A DNA stretch of 43,912 nt from an uncultured archaeon (lineage in GTDB: Archaea > Hadarchaeota > Hadarchaeia > Hadarchaeales > WYZ-LMO6): the NCBI GenBank assembly GCA_938074535.1, contig CALJER010000026.1, positions 1-43,912 on the forward strand, given 5' to 3'. This document shows positions 18,429-26,991 of this stretch, piece after piece (the first letter of the stretch is position 1; the number at the start of each line of letters is the position of its first letter). Under the pieces are notes generated by a model. The model saw nothing but the letters and a program-made list of their open reading frames with translations. It made no database searches and was not told the origin of the DNA. A program made the position numbers and the translations under genes.

Positions 18429-19004
18429 ATGAAGATAGCCGGGTTCTTCCCCTCGGAGATGCGGGTGGAGATGGTGCGGGAGATGGTGGAGAAGATGGGG
18501 ATCCGCCCGGTTTCCAATTCCATAGGGGTGAACTCCAAAACCGTCTACAAGTACAAGCTGGGGGAGGCGGTTCCTAGGGACGAGACCTTTATCCGGCTCC
18601 TTGAAGTTCTGAGGGAGAAGGACCCGAACACCTTCTGGGGGTATGTGGAGAAACTCCAAAGGGGGTTCGAGGAGGCCCTTTCCTCCTTGAAGAGCGGGGG
18701 GGAAAGGGGGTCCAAAGTTTCACGGGCAGGGGAGACCCAGTTCCCCCTCCAGGAGGCCGGGGAGGTGTCTAGGTTCGAGGTCTACGAAAGGCTGGGGATA
18801 GAGAACCCCTCCGAGCGGGTGAGGCTGGCAAGGGTTCTTTCCTTCCTAGCCACATGTACCGAATTCGGGGCGGAGGAGCTGGAGGAGAGGGTGATGCTTC
18901 CCAGGGATGAAGCGGAGGAGTACCTCAGGAGGCTGGTGCAGCATGGGCTCTTGGAGAGAACCAAGGAAGGGGTTTACAGGGTGAGAATCAGATGCAGGCT
19001 GTGA
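18429..19004 (+). CDS. two-domain DNA-binding protein (N-terminal Cro/Xre-like HTH, C-terminal winged helix)
   Basis: GIRPVSNSIGVNSKTVYKYKLGEAVP HTH pattern; C-terminal EELEERV.LPRDEAEEYLRRLVQHGLLERTKEGVYRV wHTH pattern. Confidence 0.65.
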   Translation: MKIAGFFPSEMRVEMVREMVEKMGIRPVSNSIGVNSKTVYKYKLGEAVPRDETFIRLLEVLREKDPNTFWGYVEKLQRGFEEALSSLKSGGERGSKVSRAGETQFPLQEAGEVSRFEVYERLGIENPSERVRLARVLSFLATCTEFGAEELEERVMLPRDEAEEYLRRLVQHGLLERTKEGVYRVRIRCRL

Positions 19005-19963
19005 AAGGAGAGCGGGCCGGGCTGGAAGGCTTCGGGATGGACTCCTTTGAGCGCAGAAAGGCCTCCTTCTTCAGGAGGTGGGGCTGGAAGTTCCTTCCCT
19101 TTGCTCAGACGGACCCTCTTCCCCACCCCAGGCTCATGGTGCCGCACCAGAAGGAGGAGGTGGTGAAGCTGGTGGACCTCATAAGGGAAGGAGATCTCGT
19201 GACTTTTGTGGTTTCAGAGCTGGGGATGGGAAAAACCACCCTCTGTAAATACCTGTCTGAGGTCCTTCCCCTTCAGGATCCGCAGCTCCTGACGGTTTTC
19301 GTTCCAGCCCAGTCCGTACAGAGCCCGGAGCAGATGTTGCGCATCCTCCTGAACAGGCTGGAGATAGAAGCAGGGGGAGACCTCACCGAGGAGTTCGAGA
19401 AGTTCTACCGCTGGCATCAGGCCTACCCGGCATCCAAATTGGTCGTTTTTGTGGACGAGTTCCCCGAGCTGGATGTGAGGGTGGCGGAGATGATACGGGC
19501 GCTGGCTGACCTCAGGAACATCACCTGGGTCCTGAACGGGAGAAAGGATCAGATCCTGGGCTACCTGCGGGAGCACGTGCCGTCCCTCCTCAGCAGAAAG
19601 AGGTACATGTTGGAGATGAGGCCCCTCTCCCTGGAGGAAGTGCGTGAATTGCTTCTCCTGCGCATGGCCTGGGCGAGAGGGGAAACCAGCCCGAGGGGGG
19701 ATTCCCTTCTCCCCTTCACCCCCTCCAGCCTCAGGAGAATCCACAGGCTTTCCGGTGGGGTCCCTCGCGAGGTTCTGAGGCTGGCAAGCGAAGCGGTTTA
19801 CTCCGCCATAGAGAAAAACGCCACCAAGATCGAGGCCTCCTTGGTGGGGGGGAGGAAGAGGAGGAGCTCGAGGAAAAAGGTGAAGCGCAGGCCTAGGCCC
19901 AGGCGGAGGCGCGTCGGGAAGAGGAGGAAGAAGGCCAGGAGGTTCGGCTTTTTCGGGAGGTAG
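18992..19963 (+). CDS. ExeA/GspA-like AAA+ ATPase with a very basic C-terminal tail
   Basis: N-terminal FF..WG....PF; Walker A-like SELGMGKTT; Walker B VVFVDE; FT...LRRIHRLSGGVPREV lid; Arg/Lys tail. Confidence 0.75.
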   Translation: MQAVKGERAGLEGFGMDSFERRKASFFRRWGWKFLPFAQTDPLPHPRLMVPHQKEEVVKLVDLIREGDLVTFVVSELGMGKTTLCKYLSEVLPLQDPQLLTVFVPAQSVQSPEQMLRILLNRLEIEAGGDLTEEFEKFYRWHQAYPASKLVVFVDEFPELDVRVAEMIRALADLRNITWVLNGRKDQILGYLREHVPSLLSRKRYMLEMRPLSLEEVRELLLLRMAWARGETSPRGDSLLPFTPSSLRRIHRLSGGVPREVLRLASEAVYSAIEKNATKIEASLVGGRKRRSSRKKVKRRPRPRRRRVGKRRKKARRFGFFGR

Positions 19964-19993
19964 CTATAAACAGGCCCCCTCCCTCTTTTTTTG

Positions 19994-20677
19994 ATGGTTC
20001 CCAAATTCGACCTTCACGTGCATACGGTTTACTCCGACGGTTCCACCACCTTGGAGGCGGTTCTGGAGGAGGCCCGAAGCAGAGGACTGGAGGCCGTGGC
20101 CGTGACCGACCACGGGCCCGGCCTCAGCGTGGGGGCGGAGGCCCCGAGGTTTTTACAGCTCTCCAGCGAGGTGCGGAGAATGCGCGATGAAAACGGTTTT
20201 AAAATCCTCTCGGGTGTGGAGAGCAACATAAACCCCTGGGGGGTCCTGGATCTGGGTGAGGAGGTGAGGGAGAAGCTGGATCTGGTGACGGCTGGAGTGC
20301 ACTATCTGGACTCCAGGGACTGCAAGACCCAGGCGAGGGAATACCTGAGGGCGGTGAGGGAAGCCCTGCGCCACCGCTCCTTCAAGATCCTGGTGCATCC
20401 CCTTTACTACAACAAGTCCCTTCTCCCCTGGATCCCGCGGGAGGAACTGGAGGAATTCACGGAGGAGCTAGCCGAAGCGGGTGTGGCAGTTGAAGTCAAC
20501 TCCAAGTACCGTGCTCCGGATAAGGAGTTCCTCCAGGAGTGCCTCAGGAGGGGAGTGAAGCTGAGCATAGGAACCGATGCTCATCATGCCCAGGAGATAG
20601 GGGCGGTGGACTGGCAGCTTTCCCTGCTGAGACGGCTGGGGGCCGGGAGAGAGGATTTGGTTTTGGATTTCCTCTGA
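19994..20677 (+). CDS. PHP-domain phosphoesterase
   Basis: DLHVHTVYSDG, AVTDH, GVE, LVHP, GTDAH. Confidence 0.88.
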   Translation: MVPKFDLHVHTVYSDGSTTLEAVLEEARSRGLEAVAVTDHGPGLSVGAEAPRFLQLSSEVRRMRDENGFKILSGVESNINPWGVLDLGEEVREKLDLVTAGVHYLDSRDCKTQAREYLRAVREALRHRSFKILVHPLYYNKSLLPWIPREELEEFTEELAEAGVAVEVNSKYRAPDKEFLQECLRRGVKLSIGTDAHHAQEIGAVDWQLSLLRRLGAGREDLVLDFL

Positions 20678-20680
20678 TAA

Positions 20681-21286
20681 TTACCGGGTCAGCTTGCGCT
20701 CCTCCACCCTCCCCCCGGGCTCTACTTCGGAAAAGATCTGGGCCGTGAACTTGCTTATCTTTACATCCCTCCTGAGCCAGCAGTCGGCCCCCAAGCCGGC
20801 TTTCATGCAGGTCTGAGAGAGGAACTCCTCTGAGTCCCAGTTCCACTCCACCGCCACCTGGGGCAGGAGGAGACCGGAGAAGCCCCTCCATTCCACGATC
20901 AGTCCGTCCCTGCCCACCTTCACTTGGGAGGGGTACTCGCGCGGGCTTTTCACCAGAATGGGTTCGGGAGGGCTCAGCACGCTGATTTCAAGGCTCACCT
21001 CCCCCATTTCCTCCATTTCCAGCGGCGGGAACCTGGGGTCAGAGGTGGCGGAGGAGATGGCCGCCTTTATCGTGGCTTCCGCGAGGGGGAAGGTGGGGAA
21101 GGGAAAGCCTATGCATCCCCTGAGCTCCCCCTGCTTCGTGAGGGTCACGAAAACTCCCCTGGGCTTTCTCAGTTCCTCGGGCACCTCTCCCTCCTCCAGG
21201 ACCTCGCCCTTCGACAGGTACTCCCTTATGCTTTTTCTGGCGAGCCTGACCAGGAAGGTGCCCTCTTCCAGCGTGAGGGGTCTCAT
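20681..21286 (-). CDS. AMMECR1-family protein (AmmeMemoRadiSam protein A)
   Basis: GVFVTL, LRGCIG, DPRF, EISVLS, GLLLPQV. Confidence 0.93.
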   Translation of the reverse strand: MRPLTLEEGTFLVRLARKSIREYLSKGEVLEEGEVPEELRKPRGVFVTLTKQGELRGCIGFPFPTFPLAEATIKAAISSATSDPRFPPLEMEEMGEVSLEISVLSPPEPILVKSPREYPSQVKVGRDGLIVEWRGFSGLLLPQVAVEWNWDSEEFLSQTCMKAGLGADCWLRRDVKISKFTAQIFSEVEPGGRVEERKLTR

Positions 21287-21290
21287 GGTT

Positions 21291-21767
21291 TCACCCCGAA
21301 ATCTCCTCAGCGGTTTTCAGAATGTTTTCCCAGTGCCTGCCCCTCCAGTATACCTTGCCGCATCCGGAGCAGACCCAGAAGGGCCCCCTGCCTTTGACGC
21401 CCGCGGGCAAAACACCCTCCACCTCGTCCGCTCCTTTTCTCTTCAGCCTGCCGTTGCACACAGGACATCTTGATTTCTCCTGATTAATCTCTATCCTGCT
21501 GCCGCATTCGGAGGAGATTTCGCGGAGCAGTGAGGGGATAGTGGTCCCCCGGAGGAGGATGGTCCTGATCCCCTCCCTGCAGGCCCTCCGGTAAAGCTCC
21601 ACGTCTTTGGTCAGCAGGATCCGGCGCTCGGTTCTGGCCTTCCTCACCAGATACGAGTCCTGTTCTTCTCCCGGAACCTCCAGCTCCCCCACATACACCA
21701 CATCCTGGCCGGCGAGGCGGAGCCACCTGGTCAGCTTCCCCAGCATTCCGTCGGCCAGGAACCTCAT
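21291..21767 (-). CDS. Mut7-C RNase (PIN-like) domain protein
   Basis: FLADGMLGKL.RWLRL.G.D, LLTKD, SRCPVCN...CSGCGKVYW.G.HW. Confidence 0.92.
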   Translation of the reverse strand: MRFLADGMLGKLTRWLRLAGQDVVYVGELEVPGEEQDSYLVRKARTERRILLTKDVELYRRACREGIRTILLRGTTIPSLLREISSECGSRIEINQEKSRCPVCNGRLKRKGADEVEGVLPAGVKGRGPFWVCSGCGKVYWRGRHWENILKTAEEISG

Positions 21768-21843
21768 CCCTTCCCCCTCCGCGGTGGGAAGGGAGAGGTT
21801 TTGATTTTTTCCCTTAATAAAAGCCCCCGGAGAAAGGGAAGGG

Positions 21844-23052
21844 GTGGAGCACTACGATGTGGTGGTGGTGGGGGCGGGCCCGGCAGGGTGCTCGGCGGCC
21901 AGGAAAGCGGCTGAGGAGGGGGGTAAGGTCCTCCTTTTGGAGCTTCAGCCACAGATAGGAGGACCCACGAAGTCGGCCGTCTGGGTGCCCGAGAACTTCC
22001 CGGGGCGCGAGTTCGCGCTGGCAGAGGTCTCGGAGGTGAGCTCCCTTCACCTTCACGCCGCGGGGGAAGAGCTTGCCTTCTCAGCCGGTGGGAGGATCCT
22101 CAACCGGCAGGTTCTGGAGAAGCTCCTGGCGGCGAGGGCGGCGGAGGCAGGGGCGGAGATATGGCTGGGGAGTCCCGTGAAGGAGTTCCTGATGGAAGAG
22201 GGAAGGGTGAGAGGGGTGGTGTTGGAGAGCGGCGATTGGAGGGAGAAGGTGGGGAGCGAGGTGGTCATAGATGCCAGCGGGAGCGGGTGGGAACTCTCCG
22301 GAATTTTCCGCCGCCGCTTCGGGGGATGGAAGAGGGAGGAAGTGATGTTCCTGAGCGAGTACACCATGGCCAACGCCCTTCCCAGGAAAGAGGTGGAGAT
22401 ATGGTTCAACTCCTACTTCGCACCCGGGGGAAAGATTTGGATTTATCCGCTGGGTGATGGGTTCGCCCAGTTCGGCATAAGCGGCCTGCGCCTTCATCCG
22501 GAGGCCGCGCTGGATGAGTTCCTGGGCGTGGAGAATCCCAGAAGACTGGGGCGTTCCGTGCCCGTGGCCTCTTCCAGGGGCCAGTTTCCCATAGAAGACC
22601 CCCTCCTCCCCTCTTGCGGGGATGGCGTGCTCTCGGTGGGTGCGGCTTCCTCCCAAACCAGGATTTTCTCCAGCGGGCTGCCCCTGGCCATGGAATGCGG
22701 GGAGATGGCGGGGGAGGCTGCGGTGAACGGTATAACGGAGGGAGACACCAGCAGGGAAGGGCTTTTGCCCTACGAGAGGAGGTGGAAGGCGAAGTTCCTG
22801 GGGGAGCTGAGGGCGGAGAGGCTGGTCCACCGGTCCCTCTCCGTGGCTTGGGACAGGAAGTTCAAGGAGCTGCTCACACTCGCCAGGGAGGACGCGGAGC
22901 TTCGGCGCTCCTTGCTCCGCCTGATGCAGGGAGAAGAAGTGGGGAGGGCCCTCATGATGATGGTGGAGAGGGAGGAAGTCCGGGAAATCCTTGGTGAGGA
23001 GAGGGCGGGGCGCGTGAAGGCCCTCCTGCGCGGCGAGGGGGTGGAGGAGTGA
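21844..23052 (+). CDS. geranylgeranyl reductase family FAD oxidoreductase
   Basis: YDVVVVGAGPAG, VIDASG, APGG..WIYP; divergent VG.A motif. Confidence 0.8.
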   Translation: MEHYDVVVVGAGPAGCSAARKAAEEGGKVLLLELQPQIGGPTKSAVWVPENFPGREFALAEVSEVSSLHLHAAGEELAFSAGGRILNRQVLEKLLAARAAEAGAEIWLGSPVKEFLMEEGRVRGVVLESGDWREKVGSEVVIDASGSGWELSGIFRRRFGGWKREEVMFLSEYTMANALPRKEVEIWFNSYFAPGGKIWIYPLGDGFAQFGISGLRLHPEAALDEFLGVENPRRLGRSVPVASSRGQFPIEDPLLPSCGDGVLSVGAASSQTRIFSSGLPLAMECGEMAGEAAVNGITEGDTSREGLLPYERRWKAKFLGELRAERLVHRSLSVAWDRKFKELLTLAREDAELRRSLLRLMQGEEVGRALMMMVEREEVREILGEERAGRVKALLRGEGVEE

Positions 23053-23918
23053 GGTGTCCCTCCTGTGGAAGCACCAGGGTGGTGGAGGATGCCAGCAGGG
23101 GGGAGAGGATCTGCACCTCCTGCGGTCTCGTGTTGATGGAGCATCTAGTTCATCAGAGCTTGCCCTACTCCGAGGGTGAGGAGCCCACAGGTTTCTCCGA
23201 GCTGGATGTAGCTCTGCACGATTTCGGTCTGGGCACCACCTTCAGGGTGGGAAGGGACCTTCCTCCGAGCGAGAGGGCTAAGCTGAGGAGGATGCGTTTT
23301 CTCCAAGAACGCTCCAGGGCCGTGAGGTGGCACGAGAGGAGCCTGAGGGAGGCCCTCATCCAGGTGGGAAGGCTGTGTGAGGCGCTCTCCCTTCCCGACG
23401 AAATCAGGAAGGAGATGAGTCAGCTCTACCGCAGGTGCAGAAAGGAGGGCCTCACGAGGGGGCAGAAGACGGGTCTTTTCGCGGCTTCCCTAGCTTTCGT
23501 GGTGTGCAGGCTCCGCGGTCTGCCCAGAACGGAGAGAGAGGTGGTGAGGGTCCTGAGGGAAAGGGAGGGAATGGAGGAGGGAGAAGCACTGAGGGGCCTG
23601 AGGAGGGTGACGAAGACGCTGATGCGCCGGCTGAACCTCAAGCTCCCGCCCTCTTCGCCCAGGCTCTACGTGGATAGGTTTGCTTCCCAGCTCCGCCTGC
23701 CCGCGGAGGTGGTGAGGAAGGCCCACGAGCTCTGTGCCGGGCTTGAGACGGGCGGGAAGCCGGCCAACCTGGTGGCCGCTGCCCTCCTCTACAACGCCGC
23801 CAGGGAGATGGGGGTAAAGCTCACCCTGAGGGAAGTGGCCAGGGAAGTGGGGGTGGGGGTTTCCAGTCTGTGTAGGGTTTCTCAACGAAGCAGAGAGGTT
23901 AAGAAGTTGCAGGAGTAA
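23049..23918 (+). CDS. tfb: transcription initiation factor IIB (TFB) paralog
   Basis: N-terminal Zn ribbon CPSC...GERICTSCGLV, LHDFGLGT, ERSL..AL, two cyclin repeats, terminal TLREVAREVGV HTH. Confidence 0.85.
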   Translation: MRCPSCGSTRVVEDASRGERICTSCGLVLMEHLVHQSLPYSEGEEPTGFSELDVALHDFGLGTTFRVGRDLPPSERAKLRRMRFLQERSRAVRWHERSLREALIQVGRLCEALSLPDEIRKEMSQLYRRCRKEGLTRGQKTGLFAASLAFVVCRLRGLPRTEREVVRVLREREGMEEGEALRGLRRVTKTLMRRLNLKLPPSSPRLYVDRFASQLRLPAEVVRKAHELCAGLETGGKPANLVAAALLYNAAREMGVKLTLREVAREVGVGVSSLCRVSQRSREVKKLQE

Positions 23919-24003
23919 CCACTTCATACTTCCTCTCTTGTGGTTGCCAGCTCCAGTCAGGGGGAAACATAATCCTTTTATTCTTTCTTCCCCAGCTTTT
24001 TCT

Positions 24004-24240
24004 GTGGATATTACACCCGCTAAAAAGTTAAATTGTTTAGGCCTTTACTGCCCGGAGCCAGTTTTCCGAACCAGAATGGTATTGGATGAGATGGAGGTGG
24101 GCCAAATTCTGGAAGTTGTAGCAGATGACCCTGCAGCTGAGGAGGACATCAGGAGATTGGCGGAGAATTTGGGTCATAAAATTTTGGATGTGAGCCGCTC
24201 TGGAAATGAAGTTCAAATCTTAATTAAAAAGATGAAATAA
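24004..24240 (+). CDS. TusA/SirA-family sulfur carrier
   Basis: LNCLGLYCPEPV, GQILEVVADDPAAEEDI. Confidence 0.9.
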   Translation: MDITPAKKLNCLGLYCPEPVFRTRMVLDEMEVGQILEVVADDPAAEEDIRRLAENLGHKILDVSRSGNEVQILIKKMK

Positions 24241-24248
24241 AAGGGGAG

Positions 24249-24623
24249 ATGAAAATGTCGAATAAGAAAAAAATTTTATATATACAAACAAGTGGGGTTG
24301 ACAGTCCCGAACGTGCTTATGCACCGTTCATTTTGGCGGCTACAGCAGTTGCGATGGGCGCTGATGCAACCATATATTTTCTGATAAAGGGTGTTACGTT
24401 GGTCAAAAAAGGTGAGGCGGAGAAGATCAAAATCGGTAGTTTTCCATCCCTGAGGGAGGTCATGAATCAGGCGATTGGAGTGGGAGTGAAGCTCATGGTT
24501 TGTGAGCAAAGCTGCATGTTGCTCGGCATACCCAGAGGCGACTTTATACCGGAGGCAAAGATCGTAGGTGCTGCCACTCTCAACGATTTGGCTCTAAATG
24601 CGGATACAGTATTGTGTTTTTGA
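24249..24623 (+). CDS. DsrE/DsrF-like sulfur relay protein
   Basis: PER.YAPF..A..A.AMG, IYF...GV.LVKKG, VCEQS, IVGAAT. Confidence 0.85.
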   Translation: MKMSNKKKILYIQTSGVDSPERAYAPFILAATAVAMGADATIYFLIKGVTLVKKGEAEKIKIGSFPSLREVMNQAIGVGVKLMVCEQSCMLLGIPRGDFIPEAKIVGAATLNDLALNADTVLCF

Positions 24624-24631
24624 AGCGGAAG

Positions 24632-25816
24632 ATGTCAGTCCATTCCAGAATTTATATGGATTGTGTATCCGGAAAGCCTGTTGATCCTCGCGTTATAGAT
24701 GCCATGCTACCCTATATGAGAGAATTTTATGGTAATCCATCTTCGGTGCATTCTTTCAGCGGTGAGCCGAGGAGGGCCCTGGAAGAGGCTAGATCTGCAG
24801 TAGCCAGGCTTATCAGTGCTGAAAGGCCGGAGTCCATAATTTTCACTTCCGGGGCCACGGAAAGCAACAACATGGCTATCAAAGGGGTGGCCTTCAGGAA
24901 TGCGGATAGAGGGAAGCACGTGATAACTTCAAGCGTTGAGCACATGTCCGTAATGAATTCATGTAAATACCTCAAAACCAAGGGTTTTGATCTGACGTTT
25001 TTGCCCGTGGATAGATATGGCGTGGTCGACCTGGAGGCTCTGGAACGGGAATTGAGGGAAGACACGGTTCTCGTTTCTATTCAATATGCCAACAGTGAAA
25101 TAGGAACCATCCAGCCCATAAGGGAGGTGGCTCAAATAGTCCATAGAAAAAATGCATATCTTCACGTGGATGCTACAGCCGCTAACGGCAGGCTTCCCAT
25201 CGATGTCCAGAGAGAAGGCATAGATTTGCTTACTCTCTCATCCAACGACATATACGGGCCTAGGGGCGTGGGCGCCCTTTACATTCGTGAGGGGTTGCGC
25301 ATAGAACCCATAATCCACGGTGGAGGTCAGGAAAGAGGGTTGCGTTCTGGGACGGAAAATATCGCTGGCGTAGTTGGATTTGGGAAGGCAGCAGAAATAG
25401 CAATGAACGAAATGCAATCAGAGAGCGAAAAGCTGCGGAAACTGAGGGACAGGCTCATCCGAGGCCTGCTGGACGGTATCCCTTATGCTTTCTTGAACGG
25501 GCACCCGGTGCACCGTCTGCCTGACAACGCCGCGGTGAGATTTAGCTTTATAGAGGGTGAATCCATCCTTCTGAGTCTTGACATGATGGGCGTGGCAGCC
25601 TCTTCTGGTTCTGCTTGCACTGCGAAGACCCTGGAGCCCTCCCATGTGTTGATGGCCACGGGACTGAGGCATGAAGAAGCTCATGGTTCGGTGCTCTTCA
25701 CCCTCGGGAGACATAACACGGAGGAGGAGGTAGACTATGTAGTTCGGATAATGCCGGATATCGTGAAAAGGTTGAGAGCCATGTCTCCCCTAACACCCAA
25801 AGAGGTGCTGTGGTGA
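24632..25816 (+). CDS. iscS: IscS/NifS-family protein with Asp in place of the PLP lysine
   Basis: YGNPSS.H, FTSGATESNN, EH.SV, NSEIGTIQP, GGGQE.GLRSGTEN, SSGSAC; SSNDIYGPRG replaces the usual SxHKxxGPKG. Confidence 0.9.
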   Translation: MSVHSRIYMDCVSGKPVDPRVIDAMLPYMREFYGNPSSVHSFSGEPRRALEEARSAVARLISAERPESIIFTSGATESNNMAIKGVAFRNADRGKHVITSSVEHMSVMNSCKYLKTKGFDLTFLPVDRYGVVDLEALERELREDTVLVSIQYANSEIGTIQPIREVAQIVHRKNAYLHVDATAANGRLPIDVQREGIDLLTLSSNDIYGPRGVGALYIREGLRIEPIIHGGGQERGLRSGTENIAGVVGFGKAAEIAMNEMQSESEKLRKLRDRLIRGLLDGIPYAFLNGHPVHRLPDNAAVRFSFIEGESILLSLDMMGVAASSGSACTAKTLEPSHVLMATGLRHEEAHGSVLFTLGRHNTEEEVDYVVRIMPDIVKRLRAMSPLTPKEVLW

Positions 25817-26196
25817 TGTATAGTCAGAAAGTCCTAGAACATTTCAGAAATCCCAGAAACATGGGAGAAATCAAAGATGCGGACGGCATCGGGACTGTTG
25901 GAAACCCCGTGTGTGGAGACATGATGACTATCTACATAAAGGTGAAGGAGGGACGCATAGAAGACATAAAGTTCAAGACTTTCGGCTGTGGTGCTGCTGT
26001 GGCCACCAGTAGCATGATAACGGAGCTGGCGAAGGGGAAAACCCTTGAAGAGGCGATGAAAATAACGAGGAAAGATGTGGCCGAAGCTTTGGAAGGACTT
26101 CCGCCCGTGAAAATGCATTGCTCCAATCTTGCGGCTGATGCCCTCAAAGCCGCGATTGAGGACTATCGTAAAAAAAGCGGGGAGGTTAAGCTGTGA
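25816..26196 (+). CDS. iscU: Fe-S cluster scaffold IscU/NifU
   Basis: YSQKVLEHFRNPRN, GNPVCGD, FKTFGCG, LPPVKMHCS. Confidence 0.95.
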   Translation: MYSQKVLEHFRNPRNMGEIKDADGIGTVGNPVCGDMMTIYIKVKEGRIEDIKFKTFGCGAAVATSSMITELAKGKTLEEAMKITRKDVAEALEGLPPVKMHCSNLAADALKAAIEDYRKKSGEVKL

Positions 26197-26348
26197 AAAA
26201 AGAGTTCATTAAATGCGAGTTCTGCGGAGGACCCATTTCGTCAGAAGTTTGTCAGTTGGCAGTTCATCGCATCATCAGCGGCGGGAAGGAATACATTTTC
26301 TGTTGCGAAAAGTGTGTCAAAAGATACAGAAAGAGGGGAAATAAGTGA
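26193..26348 (+). CDS. 51-aa TRASH/YHS-like metal-binding protein (absent from the ORF track)
   Basis: GTG start overlaps the iscU stop; MKKEFIKCEFCGGPISSEVCQLAVHRIISGGKEYIFCCEKCVKRYRKRGNK has the CxxC...Y.FCC..C TRASH pattern. Confidence 0.8.
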   Translation: MKKEFIKCEFCGGPISSEVCQLAVHRIISGGKEYIFCCEKCVKRYRKRGNK

Positions 26349-26414
26349 GGGAACCCTGAATAGCCAAAGAAGATTCCCAGCGACCGCTTTTCCCGAGCAA
26401 AACTTTTTTGACCC

Positions 26415-26987
26415 CTAAGGAAGCTTTTCTCCGTGGTAGTGTGCCCAGGAGATGGAAGGGATAATGATCCTGCCTCCTTTTTCCCCCACTTCCATCGCCT
26501 TTCCCTGCAAGTAGAGTAAACCAGTTAGGGCGGAGACGCAGGCGTCCAGCTCGTGAGCTCCCGTTCCCCCCCTCACCCTCCATCCCTTTCTCCCCAGAAA
26601 TCTGATCCACTCCTCCCTGTATGGAGTACCGAAGAGGATGCGGCCGGAGGTCCTGGGATGGACCTCGATTACCTTTATCCCTCTTCTCCTGAGCCTCCTA
26701 CGCAGGGAGATTCCCCTGAGGGTGAGGCTCCGCATCCCCGAGAAGGTGGGGGGAAAGACCCTGAATCCCATCCTGATGAGGAGAAGGTCGGAGGGGCGGA
26801 GGGAGCCCCTCTCAGGAAGGGAGAGGGGAGCATCCACAGCAAGCAGCCCCACCTTCTCCCTTTCGCACAGCTCCTCTATCTCCCGGTCCTCGTGCACCAG
26901 TAAGGTGCGCAGGGTGCGCCCGTTCAGCAGCGCCACTCCGCTGGCGTTCTTGGGCACTCCGGCCAGGTCCAGACCCATCACCCTCAC
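26415..26987 (-). CDS. DUF429-family predicted RNase H-like nuclease
   Basis: MGLDLAG, AVDAPLSLP, IEVHP, HELDA; follows tiaS directly. Confidence 0.82.
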   Translation of the reverse strand: MRVMGLDLAGVPKNASGVALLNGRTLRTLLVHEDREIEELCEREKVGLLAVDAPLSLPERGSLRPSDLLLIRMGFRVFPPTFSGMRSLTLRGISLRRRLRRRGIKVIEVHPRTSGRILFGTPYREEWIRFLGRKGWRVRGGTGAHELDACVSALTGLLYLQGKAMEVGEKGGRIIIPSISWAHYHGEKLP

Positions 26988-26991
26988 TTCA

